A stretch of DNA of 42,297 nucleotides from Candidatus Altarchaeum sp. (GCA_018260755.1 JAGTWP010000004.1:1-42297), one strand, 5' to 3'. Positions 8,355 through 17,444 are shown, numbered from the stretch's first letter. Program-made: numbers and translations. Notes: generated by a model not told the origin, from the sequence alone.

Positions 8355-9443
8355 TTAAAGCATACTCTTAAATTCATCAAAAATACGCCCCAAACAGTAA
8401 GGCCCGGGGTGTGCTTCGGGATGGTATTGAACGCTAAACATCTTTGACTCCTTACTTCTTACACCCTCAACAGAACCGTCATTTAAATTTATCTGTGTTA
8501 CCTCTAAATTTGCATCTTTTGCACTTTTCGCATTCACCGCAAACCCATGATTTTGTGAGGTTATATAGCATCTTCCCGTTCTTAAATCCTTCACCGGCTG
8601 ATTGCCTCCGCGATGTCCAAATTTCAGTTTGTATGTGTCTGCCCCTGAAGCCAATGCCAAAATCTGATGTCCTAAACATATTCCAAAGACAGGTATTTTC
8701 TCTTTAATTAACTCCTGAACTGTTTTTATTACATAGTTGGCTTTTTTCGGATCACCAGGACCATTTGAGATTATAATTCCGTCCGGCGAGTATGCAAAAA
8801 TTTGAGCCGCACTAAAATTTGCAGGCACACTTATTAAATTTAAATTTCGCTCTGTGATATTTTTGGCGATACTTTCCTTTTCTCCGCAGTCAATCATCAC
8901 AACAGTCTTCTTTGCCCCTTTGACATTATAAATTTTTGGCTCTTTTATTGTCACCATACTCACGAGGTCATATTCCGAAATGCCTGCAATTTCTTTTGCT
9001 TTTTCTTTTAATTCCTCAATCTCGCCTTCATCATAAGGAAATTTTAAAATTCCGTTCATAACCCCGAAATTTCTCAACTTTCTCGTTAAAGCCCGTGTAT
9101 CAACGCCCTCAATTCCCGTAATGTTATGCTCTTCGAAAAATTTACTGACTGACTTTTTCATAAAAGTATGAAATGGTTTTTTGCACGCTTCTTTAACAAC
9201 AACTCCGCTTACATGTATATTATTTGACTCAAAGTCAGCCTCATTTATACCGTAATTTCCTATTAAAGGATATGTGAATGTTAAAATCTGGTGTTTATAA
9301 CTCGGGTCGCTTAAGGCCTCCTGATATCCTGTCATTGACGTATTAAACACTACTTCTCCTTCTTTATTACCCGAACATCCGAATCCACTGCCTTTTATTA
9401 CAGTTCCGTCTGCTAAAACAAGCACAGCATCTGAATCTGACAT
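8355..9443 (-). CDS. carA: Carbamoyl-phosphate synthase small (glutaminase) subunit
   Basis: 362 aa. N-terminal LVLADGTVIKGSGFG...GEVVFNTSMTGYQE. GATase triad region GICLGHQILA and HPE. No carB is adjacent. Confidence 0.9.
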   Translation of the reverse strand: MSDSDAVLVLADGTVIKGSGFGCSGNKEGEVVFNTSMTGYQEALSDPSYKHQILTFTYPLIGNYGINEADFESNNIHVSGVVVKEACKKPFHTFMKKSVSKFFEEHNITGIEGVDTRALTRKLRNFGVMNGILKFPYDEGEIEELKEKAKEIAGISEYDLVSMVTIKEPKIYNVKGAKKTVVMIDCGEKESIAKNITERNLNLISVPANFSAAQIFAYSPDGIIISNGPGDPKKANYVIKTVQELIKEKIPVFGICLGHQILALASGADTYKLKFGHRGGNQPVKDLRTGRCYITSQNHGFAVNAKSAKDANLEVTQINLNDGSVEGVRSKESKMFSVQYHPEAHPGPYCLGRIFDEFKSML

Positions 9444-9511
9444 TTTTAAAGTTTAAAAATTAGTTTTTGATAAATTTAACCTTCTTATAAATTTTTAAAT
9501 AAGCCAAAACA

Positions 9512-10579
9512 TCATCTTAAATTTTTCTTGACGAGGATTTTTACTTCATTACTTTGAAGGTATGCCAAATTTTCCAAAATCACAGTTAAATTTTTTATGT
9601 TTTCAAAATTTTTATCAGTAATTTTAGCGATGCTCTTTCCAATATCTTCATTCATAGACCTTGAAAACATTTCAACAAAATTTTGTGCATTCGCTATTTT
9701 TACATATTCCTCTTTATTGCATTTTTCAAGACAAACAGCAACCTCGCCAATAAAATCAATGTTCGCTTCCTCGTTCTCCGGTTCTATTTTTAATGTATCT
9801 CCTATTAGAAAATTTATTGCATCTGTCTTATTTCCTATTCTGCTAAAATACGTATCTATAAATTTCGCCAATCTCTTTTTTACATCAACAGGATAACTTA
9901 CCATTCCCAACGCACTTTTACCTATAAAGTCCGCCAGTCCTGTATTCATCTTTAAATCACTTTTTGCAAGACTTGTAATTACATGCTCTATTACATTCGG
10001 CTCAATTTTTTCAAAATCATCGTTCATAATATTTAGCAGTTTCATTGCATAATCACAGATATAATTGCTATCATCTACTTTTAAAAATTTTTCAAAAATA
10101 TTACTTGGGTTTAAAAATTTAAATATGTTTTGCCTGAAAGCATATAACGCGGCATCCCTTACATTTTCATCTTTATCTTCTGAAAATTTTTCTATTATCT
10201 TCGCAGATGTGCTATATTGAGCAAAATTTTCACTCAATTCCTCTGATAGTGCCAGTCGTATGTTTTTATTGCCTGCAGATAGTTTAAGTAACTCCTCGTC
10301 GCTTATTTTTTTGTTTTTCAAATTCTCTTTTAATTGAACTATTTCTTTTTCCCGTTCCTCCTCTAAAAGAGCTTTGTTTCTAAATTTTCTTTCAACAAAT
10401 ATGATTAACGTCAAACCCAAAAACAGATATACAAACCAAAAATCAGGAAAGATAATGAAAAGCAAAGCAAATCCCAAAATTGCAATAATTGAAATTAACT
10501 GTAAGCCCTTTTTATCTTCTAAAATACTATTATTATTGTTTGATTTTGCAGTAAGTTTATTTTTCAGATTTTTAATCAC
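9512..10579 (-). CDS. Hypothetical membrane-anchored alpha-helical protein (two N-terminal TM helices, coiled-coil, HEAT-like helical region)
   Basis: 355-codon ORF with no recognisable family. The track start at 10579 is a GTG and there is no early in-frame ATG, so the true start is uncertain. Confidence 0.45.
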   Translation of the reverse strand: MIKNLKNKLTAKSNNNNSILEDKKGLQLISIIAILGFALLFIIFPDFWFVYLFLGLTLIIFVERKFRNKALLEEEREKEIVQLKENLKNKKISDEELLKLSAGNKNIRLALSEELSENFAQYSTSAKIIEKFSEDKDENVRDAALYAFRQNIFKFLNPSNIFEKFLKVDDSNYICDYAMKLLNIMNDDFEKIEPNVIEHVITSLAKSDLKMNTGLADFIGKSALGMVSYPVDVKKRLAKFIDTYFSRIGNKTDAINFLIGDTLKIEPENEEANIDFIGEVAVCLEKCNKEEYVKIANAQNFVEMFSRSMNEDIGKSIAKITDKNFENIKNLTVILENLAYLQSNEVKILVKKNLR

Positions 10580-10875
10580 TTTTATTAACTTTTATTATTT
10601 TTATTATTATTTTTATTAATCTTATCTTTATTAGGTAGTGCTAAAATGATAATGATAAAATTTAATATACTAATCCGCCAGTGAAATTGGTAACTTTTTC
10701 ATTATTTTTCATTAGAGTATTCTTAAAACTCATCGTAATAGTTACTTAAATTACCTAAAAATTACAAAAAATACTATCGGTTTAGTATATTTAAACTAAA
10801 ATTCAACATCTGGAAAGGGTGAAATGCATAAAATTCTTACAAAATATCATTACCTCTTTATCACTACCATTTATT

Positions 10876-10908
10876 AATCAAATTTTAATCAAATTTTAAT
10901 CAAATTTT
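10876..10908. repeat. 3 x 11-bp perfect tandem repeat (aatcaaatttt) upstream of the serpin gene
   Basis: Read directly: 10876-10886, 10887-10897 and 10898-10908. Confidence 0.9.
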
Positions 10909-10929
10909 AATTTAATTAGGAATTATAAT

Positions 10930-10968
10930 TTAACACAGATTATTTAACACATAATTTTTATTAACACA
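10930..10968. promoter_or_regulatory. Three direct TTAACACA boxes (10930, 10944, 10961), 25-63 nt upstream of the serpin ATG
   Basis: Read directly, with spacing of 14 and 17 nt. A regulatory role is inferred only from position. Confidence 0.35.
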
Positions 10969-10992
10969 TATTATTTAAGTAATAAATCTAAA

Positions 10993-13020
10993 ATGGAGAA
11001 AAAATCAAAAAATTTAAGTGTTGCTTTGATAATTGCAAGTATTGCAATTATATGGATTGTTTTATTGAGTGGATGTGTTGAAAACATTACAGATAGACAA
11101 CCACAAATTTCAAATGCGGTGACATGCTCAAATGTTACAAATACAAATTTTGCTTTAGCAGAACCGAATTTAAATACGAGCTCACACACTTTCTATGAAA
11201 ATTCTTCAATATATGTGTGTGCCAATATTACTACTTCCATAGGTGGAAGTGAATTGGGGGTTAGAATACTAAATTTATCAAATTCTATGGGGGAAAATTT
11301 ATCAAATCTTTCTGCTATTACATTTTTGGATGAAGGTTACGACATTAATGGAGAATGGCGTTGTCTAAACTTATCAGATAAATTGCAGGCAGGCAAATAT
11401 AATGTTAGAGTAATATTGGGTGAAAAAGAAAATCATGTCGTGGATATTTTATTGGAAATTTTAAATTATTCTTCGGAGAAATTTTGTAGTGCGGATTATG
11501 AATGTGCCTGCGGAATTCACATAAAAACAGGAGCATGCTTCTATGGAAATAAAAATTTTGTTGATACAACCAAACAATGCCCTGATTTTTGCACAGGAAT
11601 TGCCAGCAATTTTGAAATTAAATGTATTGACGGAGAATGTAAGCAAATTAATAAATTATCTTCGGAGAAATTTTGTAGTGTGGATTCTGACTGTGCCTGC
11701 GGAATTCACATAAAAACAGGAGCATGCTTCTATGGAAATAAAAATTTTGTTGATACAACCAAACAATGCCCTGATTTTTGCACGGGAATTGCCAGCAATT
11801 TTGAAATTAAATGTATTGACGGAGAATGTAAGCATAAGCAAATTAATAAATTATCCAATGACAGCAGTCCAAAACCAACACCAATTACAACCGATGTTGT
11901 TGAAGCCAACAACCAATTTGCATTTGAACTTTACTCCAAATACAAGGACAATGAAGGCAACATATTTTTTTCACCATACAGCATTTCAACGGCATTAGCA
12001 ATGACTTATGAAGGAGCAAGAGGAAAAACAGCAGAAGAGATACAAGCAGTTTTCCATTTTCCGAAAGACGCAAATGTTCGCAGACAGGAATTCACAAGCA
12101 TCTACAACCAGATAAACAAACCAGACAAGCAATATGAACTCAAAACTGCAAATGCTTTATGGGCACAAAAGGATTATAAATTTTTGGATGAATATTTTAA
12201 AACAATTGAGCAGTATTATGGTGGAAAAGTAACAAATCTTGATTTTACCGGAAATACTGAAAATTCACGAATAACAATCAATAATTGGGTTGAGGAGCAG
12301 ACAAACGACAAAATAAAGAATTTGATCCCGCCAGAATCTATTGATAGTCTGACGCGTTTGGTGATTACTAACGCAGTTTATTTCAAAGCTAATTGGTCAA
12401 TTCAATTTGATGCAAAAAACACATACGATCAGCAATTCAAATTAGGTTTCAATACAACCACGACTGCCAAAATGATGCATCAAACAGCATATTTTAACTA
12501 CAGCGAAACGGATGAAATCCAAATTTTGGAGATGGATTACCTCGGAAATGACCTTTCTATGCTCGTGATTCTACCGAAGGACGGACACAATATTGATAAT
12601 GTCGGAAGCACGATCAATATGGAAAAACTTAATAAGTGGAAGAGTAATATAAAATATGAAAGGGTAGCAGTTGCTTTTCCAAAATTTAAGTTCGAAATAA
12701 AATATTTTATGAAGGGAACATTGAGCGATATGGGAATGCCAAGTGCTTTTTCGATGGCTGATGCCGATTTCTCAGGGATGACCGGAACAAGGGATTTGTT
12801 TATTAGTGCAGTTATTCATCAGGCATTTGTTGATGTGAATGAGGAAGGAACCGAAGCTGCAGCTGCTACTGCGGTCGTTATGAGGACCACGACAGCTCCT
12901 GGAAAGATAGAACAACCAAAGATATTCAACGCAGACCATCCATTCATCTTTATAATCCAGGATAAAAAAACAGGAAATATTTTATTTTTAGGGAGAGTTA
13001 CTGACCCTAGCAAAAATTAA
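10993..13020 (+). CDS. Lipobox-anchored serpin (serine protease inhibitor) with N-terminal beta-rich region and two tandem 8-Cys modules
   Basis: 675 aa. Signal peptide ending in the lipobox LLSGC. Serpin core starts at about residue 293 (NQFAFELY...IFFSPYSISTALAM). Canonical inhibitory hinge EEGTEAAAATAVV. FNADHPFIFII fits the PROSITE serpin signature as I recall it. Confidence 0.85.
   Translation: MEKKSKNLSVALIIASIAIIWIVLLSGCVENITDRQPQISNAVTCSNVTNTNFALAEPNLNTSSHTFYENSSIYVCANITTSIGGSELGVRILNLSNSMGENLSNLSAITFLDEGYDINGEWRCLNLSDKLQAGKYNVRVILGEKENHVVDILLEILNYSSEKFCSADYECACGIHIKTGACFYGNKNFVDTTKQCPDFCTGIASNFEIKCIDGECKQINKLSSEKFCSVDSDCACGIHIKTGACFYGNKNFVDTTKQCPDFCTGIASNFEIKCIDGECKHKQINKLSNDSSPKPTPITTDVVEANNQFAFELYSKYKDNEGNIFFSPYSISTALAMTYEGARGKTAEEIQAVFHFPKDANVRRQEFTSIYNQINKPDKQYELKTANALWAQKDYKFLDEYFKTIEQYYGGKVTNLDFTGNTENSRITINNWVEEQTNDKIKNLIPPESIDSLTRLVITNAVYFKANWSIQFDAKNTYDQQFKLGFNTTTTAKMMHQTAYFNYSETDEIQILEMDYLGNDLSMLVILPKDGHNIDNVGSTINMEKLNKWKSNIKYERVAVAFPKFKFEIKYFMKGTLSDMGMPSAFSMADADFSGMTGTRDLFISAVIHQAFVDVNEEGTEAAAATAVVMRTTTAPGKIEQPKIFNADHPFIFIIQDKKTGNILFLGRVTDPSKN
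11470..11853 (+). repeat. Intragenic tandem duplication (189 nt + 195 nt) encoding two 8-Cys modules of the serpin
   Basis: By direct alignment, 11470-11658 and 11659-11853 differ by 4 substitutions plus one 6-nt insertion. Confidence 0.9.
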
Positions 13021-13048
13021 ATTTAATTTAAAAATCAAAAGAACAAAA

Positions 13049-13642
13049 ATGGAAAAGCAACAAAAAAATTTAAAAAAAGATGGAACAAAAAGAGTATTGA
13101 ATTTATTTAATTTATTGAATATTCAGACAATTTTAGTTATTTCTGTATTAACAGGGATTGTCTTGATTAGCGGATGTGTTGAAGAAAAACCAAAACCTTT
13201 TAATCCCGATGATATAGGAAACCTTTCCGATATTGTTGAATCCGGTCCCGTTGATGAAAAAACAGTTATGAATCTTACTACAAAAGACAGAGTTGCATTT
13301 TTCTTTTTGCACAACCCGGGATGCGGACATTGTTTTGATGCGGAACAACACCTTCCTGAAATCCAGCAGATGTTTGGTCAGAGAATAATTATTTACAAAT
13401 TAAAAATAAGAGAGTCCGAGTCATTACCATGGACCAATGATGCTATAAATGCAGGCTTATTTAATTTTCCATTTACACTTGCAGTCGGATCCCACTCCGT
13501 TGAGAATGAAATTATAAACAAATCAAATATAGGTATGACTTCCGGTTCAGGTGTTTATGAAGAATGGAAAAAGAATATATGCCTGCAATTTAAAAACCCT
13601 CCGTCAAATTGCAGCAAATATCTGAATTCAAAGACCAAATAA
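13049..13642 (+). CDS. Thioredoxin-fold lipoprotein with CGHC active-site motif (putative extracytoplasmic thiol-disulfide oxidoreductase)
   Basis: 197 aa. TM/signal segment ending in the lipobox LISGC. FFFLHNPGCGHCFDAE is a thioredoxin-like CxxC context. Confidence 0.55.
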   Translation: MEKQQKNLKKDGTKRVLNLFNLLNIQTILVISVLTGIVLISGCVEEKPKPFNPDDIGNLSDIVESGPVDEKTVMNLTTKDRVAFFFLHNPGCGHCFDAEQHLPEIQQMFGQRIIIYKLKIRESESLPWTNDAINAGLFNFPFTLAVGSHSVENEIINKSNIGMTSGSGVYEEWKKNICLQFKNPPSNCSKYLNSKTK

Positions 13643-13648
13643 AAAGAT

Positions 13649-13696
13649 AAATTTAATAAATTTTATGAACAAATTTAAAAATTTAATAAATTTTAT
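13649..13696. promoter_or_regulatory. Two copies of the 18-nt aaatttaataaattttat, 30 bp apart, upstream of nikR
   Basis: 13649-13666 is identical to 13679-13696. The second copy ends 20 nt before the nikR ATG. An operator or promoter role is inferred only. Confidence 0.3.
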
Positions 13697-13715
13697 TGCC
13701 GAATAAATTATCAAA

Positions 13716-14144
13716 ATGAAGGACACAAAAATCAAAGTAGAAAGGGCAAGCATTTCTCTGCCTGAATCACTATTGGAAAAATTTGACTGGTTAATAGCAA
13801 AGAAAGGTTATGCAAATCGCTCCGAGGCGTTAAGGGATCTGATAAGAAATTTATTAATTGAAGAAGAGTGGAATGAGAATGCCGATGTTGTTGCGACAGT
13901 TACACTAATTTACAATCATCACACATCCAATCTTTTGGACAAACTGACTGATGTGGAGCATGAAAGTATCGGAAAAATTATTTCAACGATGCATATTCAC
14001 ATTGATACCGATAATTGCCTTGAGGTCCTATGTCTGAAAGGAAAGTCATCTGTTGTTAAAGGCATCGGAGATAAACTAATATCTCAAAAAGGAGTAAAAT
14101 ACGGAAAAATGGTAATGGCAACAACGGGAAAGGAGGTTGATTAA
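13716..14144 (+). CDS. nikR: NikR-family nickel-responsive ribbon-helix-helix regulator
   Basis: 142 aa. N-terminal RHH (ERASISLPESLLEKFDWL...GYANRSEALRDLIR). The C-terminal ACT-like domain carries the Ni site pattern EH...HIHIDTDNC (H-x-H-x5-C). Confidence 0.85.
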   Translation: MKDTKIKVERASISLPESLLEKFDWLIAKKGYANRSEALRDLIRNLLIEEEWNENADVVATVTLIYNHHTSNLLDKLTDVEHESIGKIISTMHIHIDTDNCLEVLCLKGKSSVVKGIGDKLISQKGVKYGKMVMATTGKEVD

Positions 14145-14174
14145 TGTGATTAGTTAAAAAGATAATCAGATAAA

Positions 14175-14945
14175 ATGAGTGAAACGAGCGACAAAATAGT
14201 TGAATTTAAAAATGTATCCTTGTCTTTGGATGAGCAAGTAATTCTTGAAGATATAAATTTTACCCTAAAAGAAAAAGAATTCCTAACAATAATAGGTCCG
14301 AATGGAGGTGGAAAAACGACAATTCTTAAAATTATTTTGGGCTTAATCAGGCCAACCAAAGGAATTGTGAATGTTTTCGGAATGAATCCGTGCAATTCTC
14401 CATCTGCCGGAAAATTTATAGGGTATCTACCGCAGCATATTCAAAGTGATTTAAAATTTCCCATAAATGTATTTGATGTTGTGTTAATTGGAAGATACAA
14501 CGGATTATTTAAGCGATATTCCAAAAAGGATAAGCAAAAAGTAATTGAAGCACTCAAAATTACAGGAATGGAAAATTTAAAGGATAGACAAATCGGAAAA
14601 TTATCCGGAGGGCAGATGCAGAGGGTCTTTTTAGCGAGGGCGTTAGTAAGGGATCCGAAATTGCTTTTACTTGATGAGCCAACTGCAAGTGCAGACCCTG
14701 AAATGCAGCAGTCATTTTATAAATTAGTAGAAGTCCTTAACGAAAAAATGGCGATTGTGATTGTAACCCATGATGTAAGTGCGGTCTTACAATATGGAAA
14801 GTCCGTTGCGTGTGTTAACAGAAAACTTTATTATCACGGAGAAAAAGAAGGCGCTATCGGGAAACTTCAGGATGCCTACAAATGTCCGATTGAAGTAATT
14901 GCTCACGGAGTTCCTCACAGAGTGCTTAAAGACCATAACAAATAA
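14175..14945 (+). CDS. Metal (Zn/Mn-type, ZnuC-like) ABC transporter ATP-binding protein
   Basis: 256 aa. Walker A GPNGGGKTT, signature LSGGQMQR, Walker B LLLLDEP. Confidence 0.85.
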   Translation: MSETSDKIVEFKNVSLSLDEQVILEDINFTLKEKEFLTIIGPNGGGKTTILKIILGLIRPTKGIVNVFGMNPCNSPSAGKFIGYLPQHIQSDLKFPINVFDVVLIGRYNGLFKRYSKKDKQKVIEALKITGMENLKDRQIGKLSGGQMQRVFLARALVRDPKLLLLDEPTASADPEMQQSFYKLVEVLNEKMAIVIVTHDVSAVLQYGKSVACVNRKLYYHGEKEGAIGKLQDAYKCPIEVIAHGVPHRVLKDHNK

Positions 14946-15004
14946 ATTTAAAAATTTAACCAAAATTTAATTCAAAAATTTAATGATTTCCTAAAATTTT
15001 AAAA

Positions 15005-15811
15005 ATGTTTGAAATTTTTCAATACGAGTTCATGAGGAATGCTATAATTGCGATAATACTTGCGGGAATTGCCTGCGGAATTGTCGGAACTTATGTGGTA
15101 GCCAGAAAACTTGTATTTATCAGCGAAGGAATTTCTCATGCTGCATTCGGAGGGATTGGAATAGGATACTTTTTAAAGATAAATCCTGTAATTGCAGCAA
15201 TTCCTTTTGCTATTCTTGCAGCACTTGCTATCGGAATTATAACCAAAAAGACAAATGTTAACGAAGATACCGCTATCGGAATGACACTTGCTTTCGGAAT
15301 GGCAATAGGAATAATATTTATATATATAACGCCGGGATATGCAGCGGATTTATTTACTTATTTGTTCGGAAGTGTTATTACTGTTTCTATGTCAGATATA
15401 ATAATAATGGTTATACTTGATGCAATTATTATAAGTATATTTTTTATATTCAGAAGGGAAATTTTGGCAATATCATTTGATGAAGAATTTTCAAAGATTG
15501 CGGGGATTCCGACAAAATTTTTATATCTGCTTACTTTGTGCCTGATTGCATTAAGTGTTGTCGTGCTTATCAGAGTTGTAGGAATTATACTTATAATTGC
15601 ATTGCTTACAATTCCGCCGGCAATTGCAAAAAATTTTACGGAAAATTTTTATAAAATGTCTGCACTTTCGGTAATTACAGGTATTGTCATTTCTATTTTT
15701 GGTTTGCTTGTTGCAATAATTTACAATCTTCCGCCCGGAGCAACGATAATTGTGGTATTGGGAGCAACTTTTATTTTATTTGGTTTTACAAACAAAATTA
15801 TTAAAAATTAA
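15005..15811 (+). CDS. Metal ABC transporter permease (ABC-3/ZnuB-like)
   Basis: 268 aa with about 8 TM segments. Directly follows the ZnuC-like ATPase. No substrate-binding protein gene is in the window. Confidence 0.8.
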   Translation: MFEIFQYEFMRNAIIAIILAGIACGIVGTYVVARKLVFISEGISHAAFGGIGIGYFLKINPVIAAIPFAILAALAIGIITKKTNVNEDTAIGMTLAFGMAIGIIFIYITPGYAADLFTYLFGSVITVSMSDIIIMVILDAIIISIFFIFRREILAISFDEEFSKIAGIPTKFLYLLTLCLIALSVVVLIRVVGIILIIALLTIPPAIAKNFTENFYKMSALSVITGIVISIFGLLVAIIYNLPPGATIIVVLGATFILFGFTNKIIKN

Positions 15812-15820
15812 ATTTAAACA

Positions 15821-16978
15821 ATGGAAGAACAGGGATTAAGCTTAACTTTACAAATATCAATTGTATTGTTTTTTGCACTTTTAGGATACCTTATTGCAAT
15901 GAAAATAAACCAGTCAGCAGTTATAGGAGTAATATTAATCGGGATAATCGTTGGACCAAGTGTTTTAGGGTGGGTAAAATATACCGAATTTGTTGAAGCG
16001 CTTGCCCATATCGGTGCAATCGTTTTATTATTTGCTATTGGATTTGAATTTAAACTTAAAGAGGTCTATACCAAAGAGTCAACATTAATCGCAATCAGCG
16101 GAGTTACTGTGCCATGGATTTTAGGATATTTATTAGGAATGTTTTTTGGTTATTCTTCTTCAACATCAATATTAATCGGAACTGTATTGGTAGCAACAAG
16201 TATTGCAATAACCGCAATGGTACTTTTGGAATTGGGAAAATTACAGACAAAGAGTGCCAAGGCAATAATGGGCGCTGCCGTTGTGGATGATGTGATTGGA
16301 CTTATTTTGCTTTCTATATCGGTTCAGGTGATTAAAGGCACACCGGATGCTTTTGAGATAGGGATAATGGCTCTTAAAGCAGTTGCTTTTGTTGTGGTGG
16401 GCTTACTTGCCTCACAATACATTAGAAAATTTTTTGTATGGGTTGATGGAGGAAGAATGGCCAAAAAATTTCCTGATTTTTTATTCATACTTGCGATGAC
16501 AGTTGCTTTCGGATACAGTTTTGCTGCCGAATTAATCGGACTTTCAGCAATTGTAGGTGCATTTATCGCTGGTTCTTCCCTTTCGGGAATACATCCAAAA
16601 AACAGCAAGGACTTAAAAGAAGGTGCGGAATATATCCACATAATATTTGCGTCAATATTCTTTATTTCTCTCGGAATTCTTGTTGACTTTCATAAGGTCA
16701 CACCTGATGTAATTTTATTTTCAGTCGCGCTGATTGCCGTTGCGATAATTGGCAAAATGATTGGATGTTACTTACCTGCAAGATTATTAAAAGAAAGCCA
16801 TAAGGATTCGTTAATTATAGGAGTGGGAATGATTCCGAGGGGTGAAGTCGGAATGATTGTCGGAATGATTGGCTTAACAGCAGGGATATTTACACAGGAT
16901 ATTTACACTGCAGTTATAGTTATGTGTATTGTAACAACATTAATCGTGCCGCCGATGTTAAGAAAAGTTTATAAATAA
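15821..16978 (+). CDS. Cation:proton antiporter (CPA2/NapA-Kef type, no KTN domain)
   Basis: 385 aa, polytopic. Motifs GPSVLG, LLFAIGFE and AAVVDDVIG are typical of Na+/H+ exchanger family proteins. Confidence 0.8.
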   Translation: MEEQGLSLTLQISIVLFFALLGYLIAMKINQSAVIGVILIGIIVGPSVLGWVKYTEFVEALAHIGAIVLLFAIGFEFKLKEVYTKESTLIAISGVTVPWILGYLLGMFFGYSSSTSILIGTVLVATSIAITAMVLLELGKLQTKSAKAIMGAAVVDDVIGLILLSISVQVIKGTPDAFEIGIMALKAVAFVVVGLLASQYIRKFFVWVDGGRMAKKFPDFLFILAMTVAFGYSFAAELIGLSAIVGAFIAGSSLSGIHPKNSKDLKEGAEYIHIIFASIFFISLGILVDFHKVTPDVILFSVALIAVAIIGKMIGCYLPARLLKESHKDSLIIGVGMIPRGEVGMIVGMIGLTAGIFTQDIYTAVIVMCIVTTLIVPPMLRKVYK

Positions 16979-17022
16979 TCTGATTTTTACTTTTTAAAAT
17001 TTAAAAATGTAAAAACATTAAG

Positions 17023-17427
17023 ATGGGCTTCTGGATGAGACATACTAAAAAAGTAAAGATACATGCCCAAGATATGAAGTGGAATGTTTTAGCTCTCTAT
17101 CTTGCACGCAAAGATCCGAGAGTGCCACTAAAATCAAAAATTTTAATTGCTATTGCTGTCGGCTATCTTTTAAGTCCCATTGACTTAATTCCGGATTTCA
17201 TCCCTGTAATCGGGCAATTGGATGATATTTTAATTGTACCTGCATTAATAGTATATGCAGTCAAATCAATACCATCTGAAATATTAGATGCGTACAAAGA
17301 GAAAGCAAAAGTTGAGTTCAGAGAAGGAACACCAAAGTCGTACAAAGCAGCGATTATAATTGTTATAGTATGGATATTGATTCTTTCTATGATAATCTAT
17401 TGGATTAGCAATATTTTCCTGTGGTGA
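17023..17427 (+). CDS. DUF1232 (YkvA-like) membrane protein
   Basis: 134 aa. GYLLSPIDLIPDFIPVIGQLDDILIV is the characteristic DUF1232 core. Confidence 0.75.
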   Translation: MGFWMRHTKKVKIHAQDMKWNVLALYLARKDPRVPLKSKILIAIAVGYLLSPIDLIPDFIPVIGQLDDILIVPALIVYAVKSIPSEILDAYKEKAKVEFREGTPKSYKAAIIIVIVWILILSMIIYWISNIFLW

Positions 17428-17444
17428 GACAGTCAAAAAAATTT

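Noticed and set aside
8355-9443. Pathway genes without their usual partners: carA without carB, pyrK-like without pyrD, purQ without purL/purS, and guaA subunit B without subunit A.
   Set aside because: Scattered biosynthetic genes are common in archaeal genomes. All of these ORFs are full length with intact motifs, so there is no evidence of decay or novelty.
10630-10700. aatgataatgataaa ... cagtgaaa, considered as C/D-box sRNA boxes.
   Set aside because: Neither a canonical C box (RUGAUGA) nor a D box (CUGA) is present, and the spacing does not fit a C/D architecture.
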